Below are positions 24,781-38,062 of a stretch of 54,943 bases of DNA, piece by piece. Each line of letters starts with the position of its first letter. Position 1 is the first letter of the stretch. The notes beneath the pieces are model-generated. The model was not told the origin of the DNA and searched no databases. It saw only the letters and a program-made list of their open reading frames with translations. A program made the translations under genes and the position numbers. The stretch comes from Octopus bimaculoides (taxonomy: Eukaryota), in the NCBI RefSeq assembly GCF_001194135.2, contig NC_068983.1:20075462-20130404 (forward strand), read 5' to 3'.

Positions 24781-25230
24781 ATATACCATTAGTAACGCGG
24801 CAGGAAGCGTGCCCCTCCACAAAACAGTATTCTGCTCGAAAGCTCCTCCCTCCTTGTTCATAAGTCTGCTGTATTAGACTCCATCGTAGAATATATAATT
24901 AATTGTTGTTTAGCTATTAGTAAAACTTCTTGATCTACTTAAACTATTGTCAACCCCATCTACCCATACCATGTCTCTCCTTCTCACGTCACCTCCTTTG
25001 TTCGCTTTGTATCTTGTACCGCCATTTATTCTTTCCGTGAATCATAAATACCAGTCATCGCCTGGAAGCTCAATCTAGTCTCAACAAACACTAATCTCTA
25101 AGAAAAGCATGCTCACCCTTGACCTCTCATATGTACGCAGGTTTTCTCTCTCTTTCTCTCTACGTTTTTCTTTCCAACTGCGGTCTTCCTTCTGACTTTC
25201 TTTATAATTTGTTTCTTTTCGTTTACTACC

Positions 25231-25261
<31 letters not shown>

Positions 25262-25310
25262 TTTGATGTCTATTTCTTAATCTTATCTGCTTTGTTTATA
25301 TGTATGTAAC

Positions 25311-25424
25311 ATGAGTTGGTCGTCTGAAACGGAACGCAAGGAGGATATGAAGATATGTTGGCCATGGCTGCTGGTTGCCCTCGCTGTTTTTTTAGTGTTT
25401 TTATTGGCACTTGAAGCACATTAA
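25311..25424 (+). CDS. Candidate smORF, 37 aa with one hydrophobic helix: MSWSSETERKEDMKICWPWLLVALAVFLVFLLALEAH
   Basis: ATG with A at -3, charged N-terminus then ~18 apolar residues, TAA at 25422-25424. No expression or homology evidence. Confidence 0.2.
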   Translation: MSWSSETERKEDMKICWPWLLVALAVFLVFLLALEAH

Positions 25425-27792
25425 ATCTAAGTAAATAATTACATACATATATACATATATACATATACACATACACACACACACACTCACACTCATACAC
25501 ATATATATAAACATACACAGAAACATACACAAACGAACGTGTGTATGTGTACATGTGCATTTATATATGTGTATGTGTGTGTGAATATGAGCATGTGCCT
25601 ATGTACATGCGCGCACATATATATATATAAGCATGCACGCATATACAGACACATACATATATATATAAGTACTCACACACACATACACATATATATATAC
25701 ATATATGTATATATAAGCACACCCATGCGGACACATGCACACACATACATACGGATGCTTTTTTATTTTAGAATATAGTACATCATTAACATACGACTAA
25801 TAAAACTACACAACACATTCTAAACTCTACACGGCTACTTGGTTTATTTGAAGTATATAACAAAAACATATTCCACAGAAGTATGCTTAATTGTTAAATA
25901 AAATATTTCCTTTCGAAATTACCTACTTTAAGACTTTAAAATAACGGATCCATTAATTTGGAACGAGAACAACTTTCTTTGTACTTTTACTCTTAATATT
26001 GCATAGACATTACATAGGAATAATCTTAGAACCTTGGGGGGCATAAGTGAAGACCGCAATGACTACACTTTATTTAATTAGTGAAGACCACTAATTTGGA
26101 ACATATTTGAAATATAATTCAAATGGCTTTCAGTTTCAAATTTATTATCTCTAGTTTATAGCTGAAATGATTCGACTTGCTGATGTATCTAACTCTTCAC
26201 ACTATATTTCTCCAACGTTTCATAGTTTTCTAAAATCAGAAATATATTTTCCGTATTCGCATATAGTAAAATATAATGTTGTATAGAGGTATACTCTGGT
26301 TATTTCATCCTAAAATTTAACTGATACTCACTTTATAGACCTTGCAATGACTTTTGTAAAAGAAAAATTACAATGGTAGGCTACTTTATTCGGTTATAAG
26401 TTTGAGAGTGATGGTTTGATAAAGCATAAATAAAAGAGAAGCGAAGATAAAATGAGTTCCAGGAAAGGTCTTCAGCAGCTTTTTCACTCCGGGAGAAAGA
26501 CATCACTTATTAAAGCAGTTGTCAAGGTAGAGAGGAAAATGCTGTATCATTGCATTATTTGTTTTAGCATGTTCTTAAATGATACTTGATTTATCGATCT
26601 CGAAAGCAAGCAAGATATTCTTCAATTAAATGTTCTTCTGATTCTTCCATTTCCTCATCTCTTGCCCAGTTACCAAAATATAATGTCCTAGGATGTTGCA
26701 GAAACATATCTTAACTTAAGCAAACTAGAGACTATATGACAGAATTATGTGCTTGTTGTTGTTATTGATATTGTGGTTGGTGGTTGGCTCTAGGTTAGCC
26801 TAATCAGGCGAAACTTTGACAAAGGATATTCTAGCCGTGATTATCTAACCCTTCCTTCTTTTTTTTTTCGGATATTGTACATATAGGATTACTTTATCAA
26901 ATATATTTTAGATAACGTAATCAAAAAGCAACAAGGCCTCCCATTCTCTTAAGTCTGTAAGCTACAAGAGGAAGGAAATATGACTGCTATGTCTATGCAG
27001 TGGAGTGATCGATAGAAGGTACCTCATTGGCTAGTTGTTCGCTTAATTCCAAATTTGATTCCATTTGGCACACCTGTAGTACAAGATGTGACTGTTGCAT
27101 CTTTTCCCCCAGTTGTATATAGGAACGCATTGTCCATCCAATGTGTTCTGCAATTTTTATGGCAACGGTATGTGATCTAAGACATACTTAGTTGCTATTT
27201 CTAGGAGGACAATTCTCTCACTGAAATATCAACTTATGACTCACTGAAATCAAACTATTAAGAGAGTTATAAGGTATCTTTTTTTTTATCCATATTCAAT
27301 ATGTCGCCTGTTATCTGTATGCCTATACGTTTCTGTATATTGATTTCGAAGGTAGGTGCAAGGAATACATTTTAAGAAAAGAATAATCAGTTTCACCGAC
27401 GTCAGTAAATAATTGACTCTTTCTTTGAATAACCAACATAATTAACCGGGAGTACGAACTAGGAAAACAATCTTGATTGAATTAGAAGTCAGAACACACG
27501 TACTTTTTTATGTACGTATGTATGTATGCAGTTATGTATATATGCAAGTTTATATGCATGTATATATATATATATCAATCTATGTTGCATGAGCATGGGC
27601 GATGCTGATTATAGTTGTATTAAAACATTCAAGCAGAAAATCTTTGGAATGTTTTACACGTAGTCAATGTACCACAATTTCTTTGGATTCGGATGACGCT
27701 AGTCAGTTTGCTTCGTCCTTTCAGAGAGTATATCTACAAATACACACGTACACACACACATATATATGTATGTGTATATATATATATATACA

Positions 27793-27956
27793 TAGGCGCA
27801 GGAGTGGCTGTGTGGTAAGTAGCTTGCATACCAACCACATGGTTCCGGGTTCGGTCCCACTGCGTGGTACCTTGGGCAAGTGTCTTCCACTATAGTTTCG
27901 GGCCGACCAAAGATTTATGAGTGGATTTGGTAGATGGAAACTAAAACAAGTCCGTC

Positions 27957-27988
<32 letters not shown>

Positions 27989-28170
27989 ATGTTTGTGTGT
28001 CTGTGTTCGTTCCCCCAACATCGCCTGACAACCGTCAATTAGCAGTTCGGCAAGAGCGACCGATAGAATTAGTACTAGGCTTACACAGAATAAGTCCTGG
28101 GGTCGATTCGCTCGGCGGTGCTCCAGCATGGCCGCAGTCAAAAGACTGAAACAAATAAAAGAATGAAAGA
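27793..28170 (+). mobile_element. Composite SINE family B, full length
   Basis: ggcgcaggagtggctgtgtggtaag (A box), ggttcggtccc (B box), CORE-like accttgggcaagtgtctt, internal (TA)n, then 3' module ...gatagaattagtactagg...ctggggtcgattcgctcgg...gcatggccgcagtcaaaagactgaaac. Confidence 0.9.
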
Positions 28171-29325
28171 ATATATATATATAGGTGCGGGGTTGGTCAG
28201 TTGCGTATGTATGTATGTATGTATGTATGTATGTATGTATGTATGTATGTATGCCTGTATGCATGTATGTATGTATGTATGTATGTATGTATATAAGTAT
28301 TTATGTGTTTGTGTATGCAATTATAATTCAGTTAGCCAACATATCCTGCATCACTGCTGAAAATTTCTGAAATACATTTTCATTTTATTTATTTAAAATT
28401 AGTTTTGTTTTGATTTTCTTGATTTTTTTTAAATAGAGAGCAATATGAAAGAAAGGAAAGAAAAGGCGAGAAAGAAAGAGTGAGAAAAATAATTCTAAAT
28501 GTTAATATTTAAGAAGAAAAACAAAAACTATAATCCATTTTTATTCAAAGATAATATGGTTTTCTTATAATTTTTGGTTTAGTTTTAGCTCTATAAATCT
28601 ATAAGACTATAAAACGTATAAATGATCAACAAGCGATTACTAGTGGACACGTCAACAACGACTAGGTTATGTCTAGACAGTTCTTTATTGAATAAGTAGG
28701 ATTATCGCTTTAAAAAATATAATTTACGTATATAACCTATTCGGTTTTACTTTAGTTTTGTTATATTATGATTTCCATTTATTTTTTTTATTCAAATACA
28801 ATTTCTGATCTCATGTTTTGTGACAAGAGTTTTGTGGCACAATAAACCAATGTCTTCCACATGACTCGAAACTATCAGATTTATATATATATATATATAT
28901 ATAAAATCAAAAAAAGCAACAAGGATTTTAAAGGTTATTGCAGTATGCACGTTTCATGCTATTCCATTTATTTAAGTAATGCGATCATTACATTAAATGC
29001 AAACTGCTGAGCAATCTTCAGCTGCACAAGAATATAGAAAATTACAGCAAAATGAACATATTACTATTGTACCAGCATTTAAAATCTAAGTGGGCAGAAG
29101 AATACATAAAAATCCATTTTGACATAGCGAAGGCTAGCAGGCTAGTAATTAATTTTAGGTAGAATTCAAACTGTCTCTGATTTTATTTGTCTCTTAAAGG
29201 GGCAATCAAACTTTCACTTTTAAGGAAAAGGAAGGTGTAAGCATTATACATGGATATGGTTATAAATATTTCTCTGGTCAGAGTGGCAGCACATTTTAGG
29301 TTGGTGTTTTTTTACTACTATGATA

Positions 29326-29758
29326 TGTAGGGGAATTTAACATTAAGCATCTAGATCAACAGGGCTTTTTCTTTAGTCTGAATAAAGTATCAGTATTGTT
29401 TTACATATACTAAATATGGAAAACTTATAGATATCATTATTAGTCTAATTATTTCAAAGTTTTAAATTTTGAATTTTAAAATAATTTTTTTAAATAATTC
29501 AAAATAGTTTCTTGAGTTCAATATATATATAAAATTCTTAAACTTCACACCTAATCTATAGCTTTTGAATTCAAAACTGACACTACTTCTGGGTTTGTGT
29601 ATAAACTAATTACATCTTTATTATTAACATAATAATTAGGCTAATATTGATATCTATAAGTTTTCCATACTTAGTATATGTAAAACAATACTGACGCTTT
29701 ATTCAGACTAAAGAAAAAGCCCTGTTGACCTAGATGCTAAATTTTAAATTCCCCTACA
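29326..29758. mobile_element. MITE, 433 bp, ~130-bp TIRs, TA target-site duplication (Tc1/mariner type)
   Basis: TA|tgtaggggaattt...gcatctagatcaacagggctttttctttagtctgaataaag mirrors ctttattcagactaaagaaaaagccctgttgacctagatgc...aaattcccctaca|TA. Confidence 0.88.
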
Positions 29759-32700
29759 TATAGAACTGTAAGCTCTAATAGATTTCAGACTTTAAGAAAT
29801 GGTGACCAGTCGCTCTGTTACTAAGTTTTGTATGTCAAGAAATATTTTGTTCATTATCATCATTATACACACTATTTGTATATCCAGTTATAGAACTATA
29901 ATTATGTGCCGGTGCTTTTTTTTTTTTGTGCGTGTGTATGAAGCCTTGTGACGTAGTCATTACGGGTGTTCAACTAAAGGTCATTCAGCCCTGAGTTCAA
30001 TTCTTGGGTAGAGCGGTGCGTTGCGTCTTTTTGCAATGCGCTGCAAGTTCATGATCTTTATCTATTGAGCTGTAACGTCTACTAGCTGACTGCTGGTGCA
30101 GCCGTATCTTTCTCCTAGATGTCGCTGTCTCTTACATTCGATTAGTTTATTTTTAGTTTGTTTTTTTATGCAGTACAACAGCTTTTAGATATTTTTGGCT
30201 ACATATACTTTTTCAGAACAACGTGTATTCAAATACCTAACCTGTATATAAAGCAGCTAACAGAGAATACAAATAATTCTGAGGATGACCACCACTGCGG
30301 AGAGTTAAACTCTTTTATCAAGCTTATTTTAAATTCACACTTCAAAGGTATACATTTCTTCAGTTTACAAAGTTCACCGATATTTCAACCTTTGACAGCT
30401 TCTTCCTAACTAAACATAGGTTGCAGGATCCAAAGTGAAAAGCAACTTCTGCTGAAATGATCTAAACCAACGTGATAAAATTCATTTCATCCAATGTTTC
30501 TTACTTGGGTAATACCAACTGGAAATGCATGAAGCTTGCCAACATTCGTTGCTATTTCCATTAAAATATTATGTATCTGCATCTGATAAGAAATAAATCA
30601 ATATATAACAAAATGGCGATAGTTTTTTAAGGAGAGTAGAAAATGTAGGTTATATTAAAACCCTCTCTATATTTATAATTTGGTTTATCAGACTTTTGAA
30701 GTTGCCTCAAACCCATCGCTTTGATAAATAATGACAGACACCAAATGTGTTTTAATAATTTGCTGAAAAAATAAATAGACATTTTCAGAATTCTTGCAGC
30801 GGGAATGGTTTAATATTTGATGTGAATGTTTAATAAATCCTGCCTGTTCGAAGATAATACTTCTCAACCCTCTAACAGTTAATTACAAGTTCAGTAGGGA
30901 AAATATCGCTCAAAGATTAAATACAGGAAACCACTGTGTATCTTCGTCAGATATTTTTTCCGTGTTAGTTTTGTTTATTTTTCAATGTAAATCTTCCATT
31001 ACCTTGCACGCCATTTTGTTGCTGTTATGTTATCTTGAGGCGCTTATAAAGAAACTATTGTAAATGAAATAACATTAAACTAAGACCGTCGATACTTTTT
31101 ATTCTCATGTATTTTACTGTTCCTAATATAACACTTAATTCATTTTTGTCATCATCCTTTGATACTTTTAATAGCTTTTGATATGAGGGACAAAATTGTC
31201 AGTTCATATTAAAATGTTGGTCTCTCGGCTAAATAAGGTATCAATCTGTCTCTACCGATCTAAATATCTATCTACCCACTTATCCACNNNNNNNNNNNNN
31301 NNNNNNNNNNNNNNNNNNNNNNNNNNNNNNNNNNNNNNNNNNNNNNNNNNNNNNNNNNNNNNNNNNNNNNNNNNNNNNNNNNNNNNNNNNNNNNNNNNNN
31401 NNNNNNNNNNNNNNNNNNNNNNNNNNNNNNNNNNNNNNNNNNNNNNNNNNNNNNNNNNNNNNNNNNNNNNNNNNNNNNNNNNNNNNNNNNNNNNNNNNNN
31501 NNNNNNNNNNNNNNNNNNNNNNNNNNNNNNNNNNNNNNNNNNNNNNNNNNNNNNNNNNNNNNNNNNNNNNNNNNNNNNNNNNNNNNNNNNNNNNNNNNNN
31601 NNNNNNNNNTACATATATATATATATGAATAAACATATATGCATACATAAATACATACATATTCACACACATATATGTGCATATATATACTAAAATGCAC
31701 AGAAACACACATAAAATATAAATATGTATGTACCCATGTATGTATGTATCTAAGTAAGTATGTGTATCTATATGTATAAATATTTATGAATCTTTCATAA
31801 TTATTATAGCCTTTATAATTATTCTCTGAAGCTGCTCAAAATAAGATGCAAAATAAAAAATACTGATAATTCTCTATTGATACTGTTTCATTTAAAAACA
31901 ATGTGTGGAGATATATTTTGCATTTTTCCGTGAAAATATCACAATAACGAAAATATTTAATATGACAAAAATATAAAAAATTAAAACACCCCAATATACT
32001 TGAGTCTGCTCTATTATTTATAATCGTGTCTCCTACATTTATATTTATAATTCAATATATAGACTTCATGTTCCTTAGTAGAGTTCTATAAAAGCCCATT
32101 TCACGTTCGAAAATAATTAAATCTGGTTTTATATTGTCAAGTGTATATATATATATATGTAACTTTTGTTCTTTTTGTGTGAGTGACAGGGATTTGGAGT
32201 GCGATGTGATGGTGGTGGTGGTGGTAAAGAGGTTGTTAATTATGGTGGCGAGATGATTTTGCGATATAATGCAGAGAGAAGAAATGCTGGTGCTTTTCTT
32301 GGTGTCGGTAGTGGTGTTGACAATGAGATAACAACGGCTGTTTTTGAGGTTCTTTTTTTTTTTTCTTTTCTAATATTTGTTTCACTTTATCATTTAACAA
32401 ATTCTGAATGTGTGACGAAGAGGAGTAGAGTTAATTTGCTTTCTCAATGTCATGAAGCAAAATTAGTCTCAAACTGTGATACACCGATTTTTGAGACGAT
32501 ATGTTAGTATTCCCTGCTCTCACATGTATTATGACAAGGTTTAAATTACACCGTAATTATTTGTATAATCATTCCTTATAGCTATACTGATACATCCAGC
32601 CCTCCTTATCCTCTTTGTTTTTATTTGTTTTTCATGCAAAAATTCAGATTACCAGCCGTCTTAATTATATAATACAGATTTTGTTGGGCGTTTAATTTCT

Positions 32701-33119
32701 CATTCTTAATGCAAAATAAGAGAGGCGGCTTCCTTTAAAATCAATTTTTTTTCCGGTCGTTTCTTTGGAGCGAGAAGCAAATATTTTTCCTTCGGGTTTC
32801 CTCTTTTTGTTTTATTGAGACGGCTTCCCAATCTTGTTAGGTTACCAGATTGACTAGTGACTTATTTTAAAATATGTCAGCTTTGTTGCCATGGTTTGGT
32901 AAAAACAGACATAACATACGGCTGTTTAATCTGCTTCTATTTTTTGTAATGTCTCATTTATTCGAATGCTCTGCTGAGTAAAATCATTTCCCTGAAATTC
33001 TGAGATACGGTGGTGCACCAGCATGACCGCAGCCACTTGGCTGAAACACATAAATAAATAAATAAAAATAAATAGTAATGTGACAAATAAACCATCAGGC
33101 CTTAAACTCTGCACAGCAA

Positions 33120-33170
33120 AACTTAGAAGCTACTAAGGTATACTACTAATACCTTAGTAGCTTCTAAGTT
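33120..33170. repeat. Perfect 22-bp inverted repeat with 7-nt loop
   Basis: aacttagaagctactaaggtat-actacta-ataccttagtagcttctaagtt. Confidence 0.97.
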
Positions 33171-33475
33171 GAAGTGAAGACAGCATGTTATCTGTCTATC
33201 TCCTTACCTTCTTAGAGATGTTAGTAACATTTTACTAATGTGTCCATCTGTTTTAATTTAATGAAATTCTATGTCTTTATGCAGCTGAGGATTGATCTAC
33301 ATTTAAATTGATGTAATGATTGCTTGTTCAATTAAATGGAGTTGCTTGAAACGATCGTACTGCATTACCTCTGAATATCTTTGTTGTTTATTTTGATTTT
33401 AATCAGATTATTTTGAAATTATATGGTTAATATCGAACTAAATTCTGGTACCTCAACTTAAGTACCATGTTCATC

Positions 33476-33479
<4 letters not shown>

Positions 33480-33560
<81 letters not shown>
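33480..33560. repeat. (TG)n microsatellite
   Basis: Direct reading. Confidence 0.97.
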
Positions 33561-33564
<4 letters not shown>

Positions 33565-33569
33565 ATATG

Positions 33570-33602
<33 letters not shown>

Positions 33603-33669
33603 GTTTGTACGTATGTGTGTTTGTATATATGTTGTATGTACACATCTATGTATTTAACAACTAAATTGT

Positions 33670-33835
33670 GATGGGCTTCACTAGTAACCGACATGTACTC
33701 ATTTATACCAGAGTAGACTGTAAACAGGTGGAATGATGCGTCTTGCTCAGGAATACAATGCACCACCCACTCCAGGAATCGAACCCATGACCCTATGACC
33801 AAACGTTGAACACCTTAACCGCTAGACAAAGCCAC
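33670..33835 (-). mobile_element. tRNA-derived SINE, family D-like (CORE-like ctgagcaagac), degenerate
   Basis: Reverse strand reads ggttaaggtgttc...gggttcgattcctgg...cctgagcaagacgcatc. Confidence 0.7.
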
Positions 33836-34443
33836 TTCATTTGGGAATGTAAAAAGCAACTGAAATACACTAATGCATCAAATAACAGACTGACACTTGA
33901 ATGATTATATAATAATACCTCCAAGCCAAATTTTTTAATACAGCGAAGAAAATGGAACGTTATATAATTCAAGAATTTCGCATTGTTTTAACAGAGGATG
34001 TGGAAAATTCCAGCTAGGAATCATGATCATGTTCGAGAATCGATTTAAAACAAACTACGTGAAACTTCATAACTATATCTATTGTAATCTCATATTCGTT
34101 GGTTCAAATATATATTTAACAGGTAGGATAGTACGAATACTATTAAAGTAACTCAAAAATCTATTTCCGGAGAATAACCTAAGTGAAACTTTTAGAAATT
34201 TAATAACTTATATGAAGATATCTTATTTATATATGTATTTGTAGTTATATATATATATATATATATNNNNNNNNNNNNNNNNNNNNNNNNNNNNNNNNNN
34301 NNNNNNNNNNNNNNNNNNNNNNNNNNNNNNNNNNNNNNNNNNNNNNNNNNNNNNNNNNNNNNNNNNNNNNNNNNNNNNNNNNNNNNNNNNNNNNNNNNNN
34401 NNNNNNNNNNNNNNNNNNNNNNNNNNNNNNNTGTGTGTGTGTG

Positions 34444-34484
<41 letters not shown>

Positions 34485-34750
34485 ATATATATAATAAAAG
34501 AAAGGAAAATGCACTCAATGTATATATTTTAAATGTATTTTAAGGGATAGAATATTATGTCATTTAAAAACAGACCCTTATACAAGCAACATGTACTAAA
34601 ACCTCTTAAGAGAATACGAAATAGAATAGTTTCACTAATCTTTATGTCATAATTAGCGAAACGCGAAACCGGTCGACTATCATAATATTAGAAATATATA
34701 AACTGTGTGCATTTTCCTTCTCATCAAACACACACACATACACAAATGCA

Positions 34751-34788
<38 letters not shown>

Positions 34789-35553
34789 CACACACACACA
34801 CACACACGCACATATATATATACATATCTTTGCATCTATATTTTACTCGTTTCGGTTCATTAAACTGCGAACATGTTGGGGCTCAGCTTTGAAGCAAGTT
34901 TTCGAACGAATTGACGTCAATACATAATTTTGTATGTTTTAATCCTTTCTCTTATTTTAGCGGTTTCTTACGCCGAACCGCTTCCTGTTAAATTGTTTTA
35001 TATATAACTTCACCTTAAAACAAACTTTAAACTGTGTGCGTGTGTGCGTGAGTGCATGCATGCGCATGTGCGTGTGTGATTATGTGTGTCTGTGTGTGCG
35101 TATGTTTGTGCGTGTGTTGGGTGCGTGTGAGTGTGTGTGTGTGTGCGTGATTGTACGTGTGTGTGTGCGTAAGTGTGTATGTGTGTGATCCCGCACACAG
35201 GTGAGCGCGTCCGCGTGCGTATGTGTCTTTATGTCTATGTGTATGTATCATATATCACGGAAGACATTTTATGTCCATTTAAGAAAACGCAAAATCGGCT
35301 ACAATCTTGTATTTTTGCTATCTTTCATTATAGTATAGTCAACTACGAACAACCAGTATATTTCGTAATACCCCTGTTCTGGGACCTCGCCACCGACGCA
35401 ACTTCACTGCAGTTATAATTGTTACGCGTTGAATTTACATCAGCTTCAACTCATTGCCGACTAACCTCAGATCATTTGCCAAACATGTACAACTCAGAAA
35501 TATTAAATATAATGTAAAGTATAGTCTCATTTCATGCGATATCATAAATACAT

Positions 35554-36145
35554 TTATTTCTTCAAAATATAATCGCCATCGCTAGCAATAACAATTTGCC
35601 ACCAAGAAACTAGTTTTCTGATGCCTCGAGCAAAAACATTAGTTTCTTGAGAAGAGAATAATCTTTGGAGAGCCGTTTCGACATCGTCTCTATTTCTGAA
35701 AGTCTTTCTGCTATTTGAAGTTTTCAAGTGACTTGAATGAGTCAAAATCTGATGCTACTACGTCTGGTGAGAGTGGAGTGGGACACCTGGTGAGAGCGGA
35801 TCTTCCTAGCTTAATGAATTTATCTTTTGTTAGATTATCTTCGCTAAATGATGTTGTCTAGAATGTTCAAGTTTCAAGTTAACTTCTTTTCTCTAGACTC
35901 AAGCTGGTTGTTTTTTGAGCAAAACTTGGTTGACACAATGACATTGTTGACAATACAATTCTGCGATGTTTTTCCGCCGTTCCAATTACACGAAGTGAAC
36001 AATACCTATTCCACCAAAGCAAAGCAAAATCCTAGTTGGTGTAGATCTGGTTTGGATGTTGGAATTAGATGTTCATTTAGCAGTAGCCACTGATTCTTAC
36101 GCTTATTGTCGGTATAGGCTATCCATTTCTCATTTAGGTCACTTT
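35554..36145 (-). mobile_element. Mariner (DD34D-type) transposase 3' fragment, decayed
   Basis: EKWIAYTDNKRKNQWL...SKPDLHQ; degenerate SPDLAPSDFHLF region; C-terminus TFRNRDDVETALQRLFSSQETNVFARGIRKLVSWWQIVIASDGDYI. Confidence 0.85.
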
Positions 36146-36385
36146 ACCAGTGTAAAAACATTCATATGCAGAAACATTGCCTACACGACACTCCAAACAA
36201 TTTTCTTTTCTAAAAGATAACTGACTTTTTTGTCCGAAAGGTTGGAACACTACTTTCGAGGTGGGAAAATGCTATTGCTTGCGATGGCAAATATGTTTTG
36301 AATGAATAAATATATTTACGTTATGTTTTGTACCAACTTGAACTTATTACATGAACTGCGATATTACTTTTCCATGCCCCTAATA
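36146..36385 (+). mobile_element. Second mariner 3' end with terminal inverted repeat
   Basis: ...LLSRWENAIACDGKYVLNE* followed by attacttttccatgcccctaa|TA, a mariner-type TIR end. Confidence 0.7.
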
Positions 36386-36877
36386 TACATGTATTCCCAG
36401 CACTTAAAATCACAAAAGCAATGAAAATTGTAGACGGTGTATATATACAAAAACATAAACAAAAATTATACAAGGAAAAAATTTCTAGGTAGAAGCATGA
36501 AAAGTAATACTTATAGAGTAACAATGGTACCTTTAGAAAACGTTTATCTAATAAAATTATTATGAGAAATATGATATTAGTATTACAATAGTTCCTCTAA
36601 GTTGTTGACAATTTGTGCTACATTTTATGGTTAACTTAATTGTCGGAGATTTTTCTCAAGTAGAAAACAGATGTATTTTTTCATATTCTATAAACTGAAG
36701 TTGGATACCGTCATACATATTGTCATGACAACAATTGGTTGGTTAGCTTACCATGTTAGACATAATTTGTTGAGGCTTGAAATTTTGTAAATGATTGTCT
36801 GCAGTTTGTATGTACATACATAAGTGTACAAAGAGATACATACATTCATCTGTATACGTATGTATATGTATATGTGG

Positions 36878-36909
<32 letters not shown>

Positions 36910-37276
36910 TAGTTCATATATCTTTATATTGGTGACATTATATTCAATTACTGACTTGTACAAGGACAACGAAGCCTATACTTATGTGTGTATATTTGTA
37001 TATACATACATACGTGCATATATATAGAAGGGGTGTACAAGACCGTCTGTCTCAGAGGAATTGTTTCCGTGTAATATATATACACATACATGCAAATATA
37101 TACGTGCATGTATATACGCATGTATGTGAGCATATGATTGCATGTATGTTTATTTGTACATATGTACGTATATATGTATGTATGCACACATTTTGAAGGA
37201 TCATTTAATAAAAAGAAATAGCACCTAACATATGGAGCGACAGATACAAGCGTAGAGAAACGAATGGCTAACTCAC

Positions 37277-37340
37277 CAGGGACATTAGAAATAGCTTGGC
37301 TAAGCGGAGAGGCAGCACCGTACTTACACGTTAAATTAAA
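37277..37340 (-). CDS. Candidate exon (64 nt, phase 0->1): FNLTCKYGAASPLSQAISNVP
   Basis: Strong donor CTG|GTGAGT; modest acceptor ttcgatgtaccAG. Confidence 0.15.
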
Positions 37341-37430
37341 CTGGTACATCGAATACATACGCGCCCGCACACACATACACACACGCTCAAACACTTACCA
37401 CTCAACATCCTTCTTTCGCTCTCTCTCTCC

Positions 37431-37490
<60 letters not shown>

Positions 37491-38023
37491 ATTCATCTGC
37501 ACAAAACCTTTAGGCATGATGACACTCTTGATTACAGAACCATTATTTTATATATGAACTGGTACACATGTGACAAGTGTATTTGTGTGTGCATTTATAT
37601 GAATGGTATAAATATCTTGTAGATATTTTGATATTTGGATACAAGACATAATCCATTGTAGGCGTACGTATAGTAAGATATCAGCAAAAATATGTAACGT
37701 CTTTATACAACAGTATGTGAAACCGTATTCGTGCAGATTATTTGATTGATGTTTCTTTGTGTGTATGTGTCTGTGTGAGCCCGTTCTTATACATGAGTAG
37801 ATACGTCTAAAAAATACGAGACTCTTCTGCTTTCTATTATAAACGATAGAATTATATTTATCATACGGATATGTGTCATTCTGTCTTTTCATACGAAAGT
37901 GCATATTTACATATGTAAGCACTTGCGTGTATTCGAAAAATGAGTAGGTCACAACATGCTAAAGTCACATGTACTTGTGTACATATATGCCTACATATAC
38001 GTGTGTGCATGTACATATGTATA

Positions 38024-38062
<39 letters not shown>

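Noticed and set aside
34625-34682. GAAACCGGTC resembling a minimal hammerhead stem III/cleavage site
   Set aside because: No CUGANGA core upstream.
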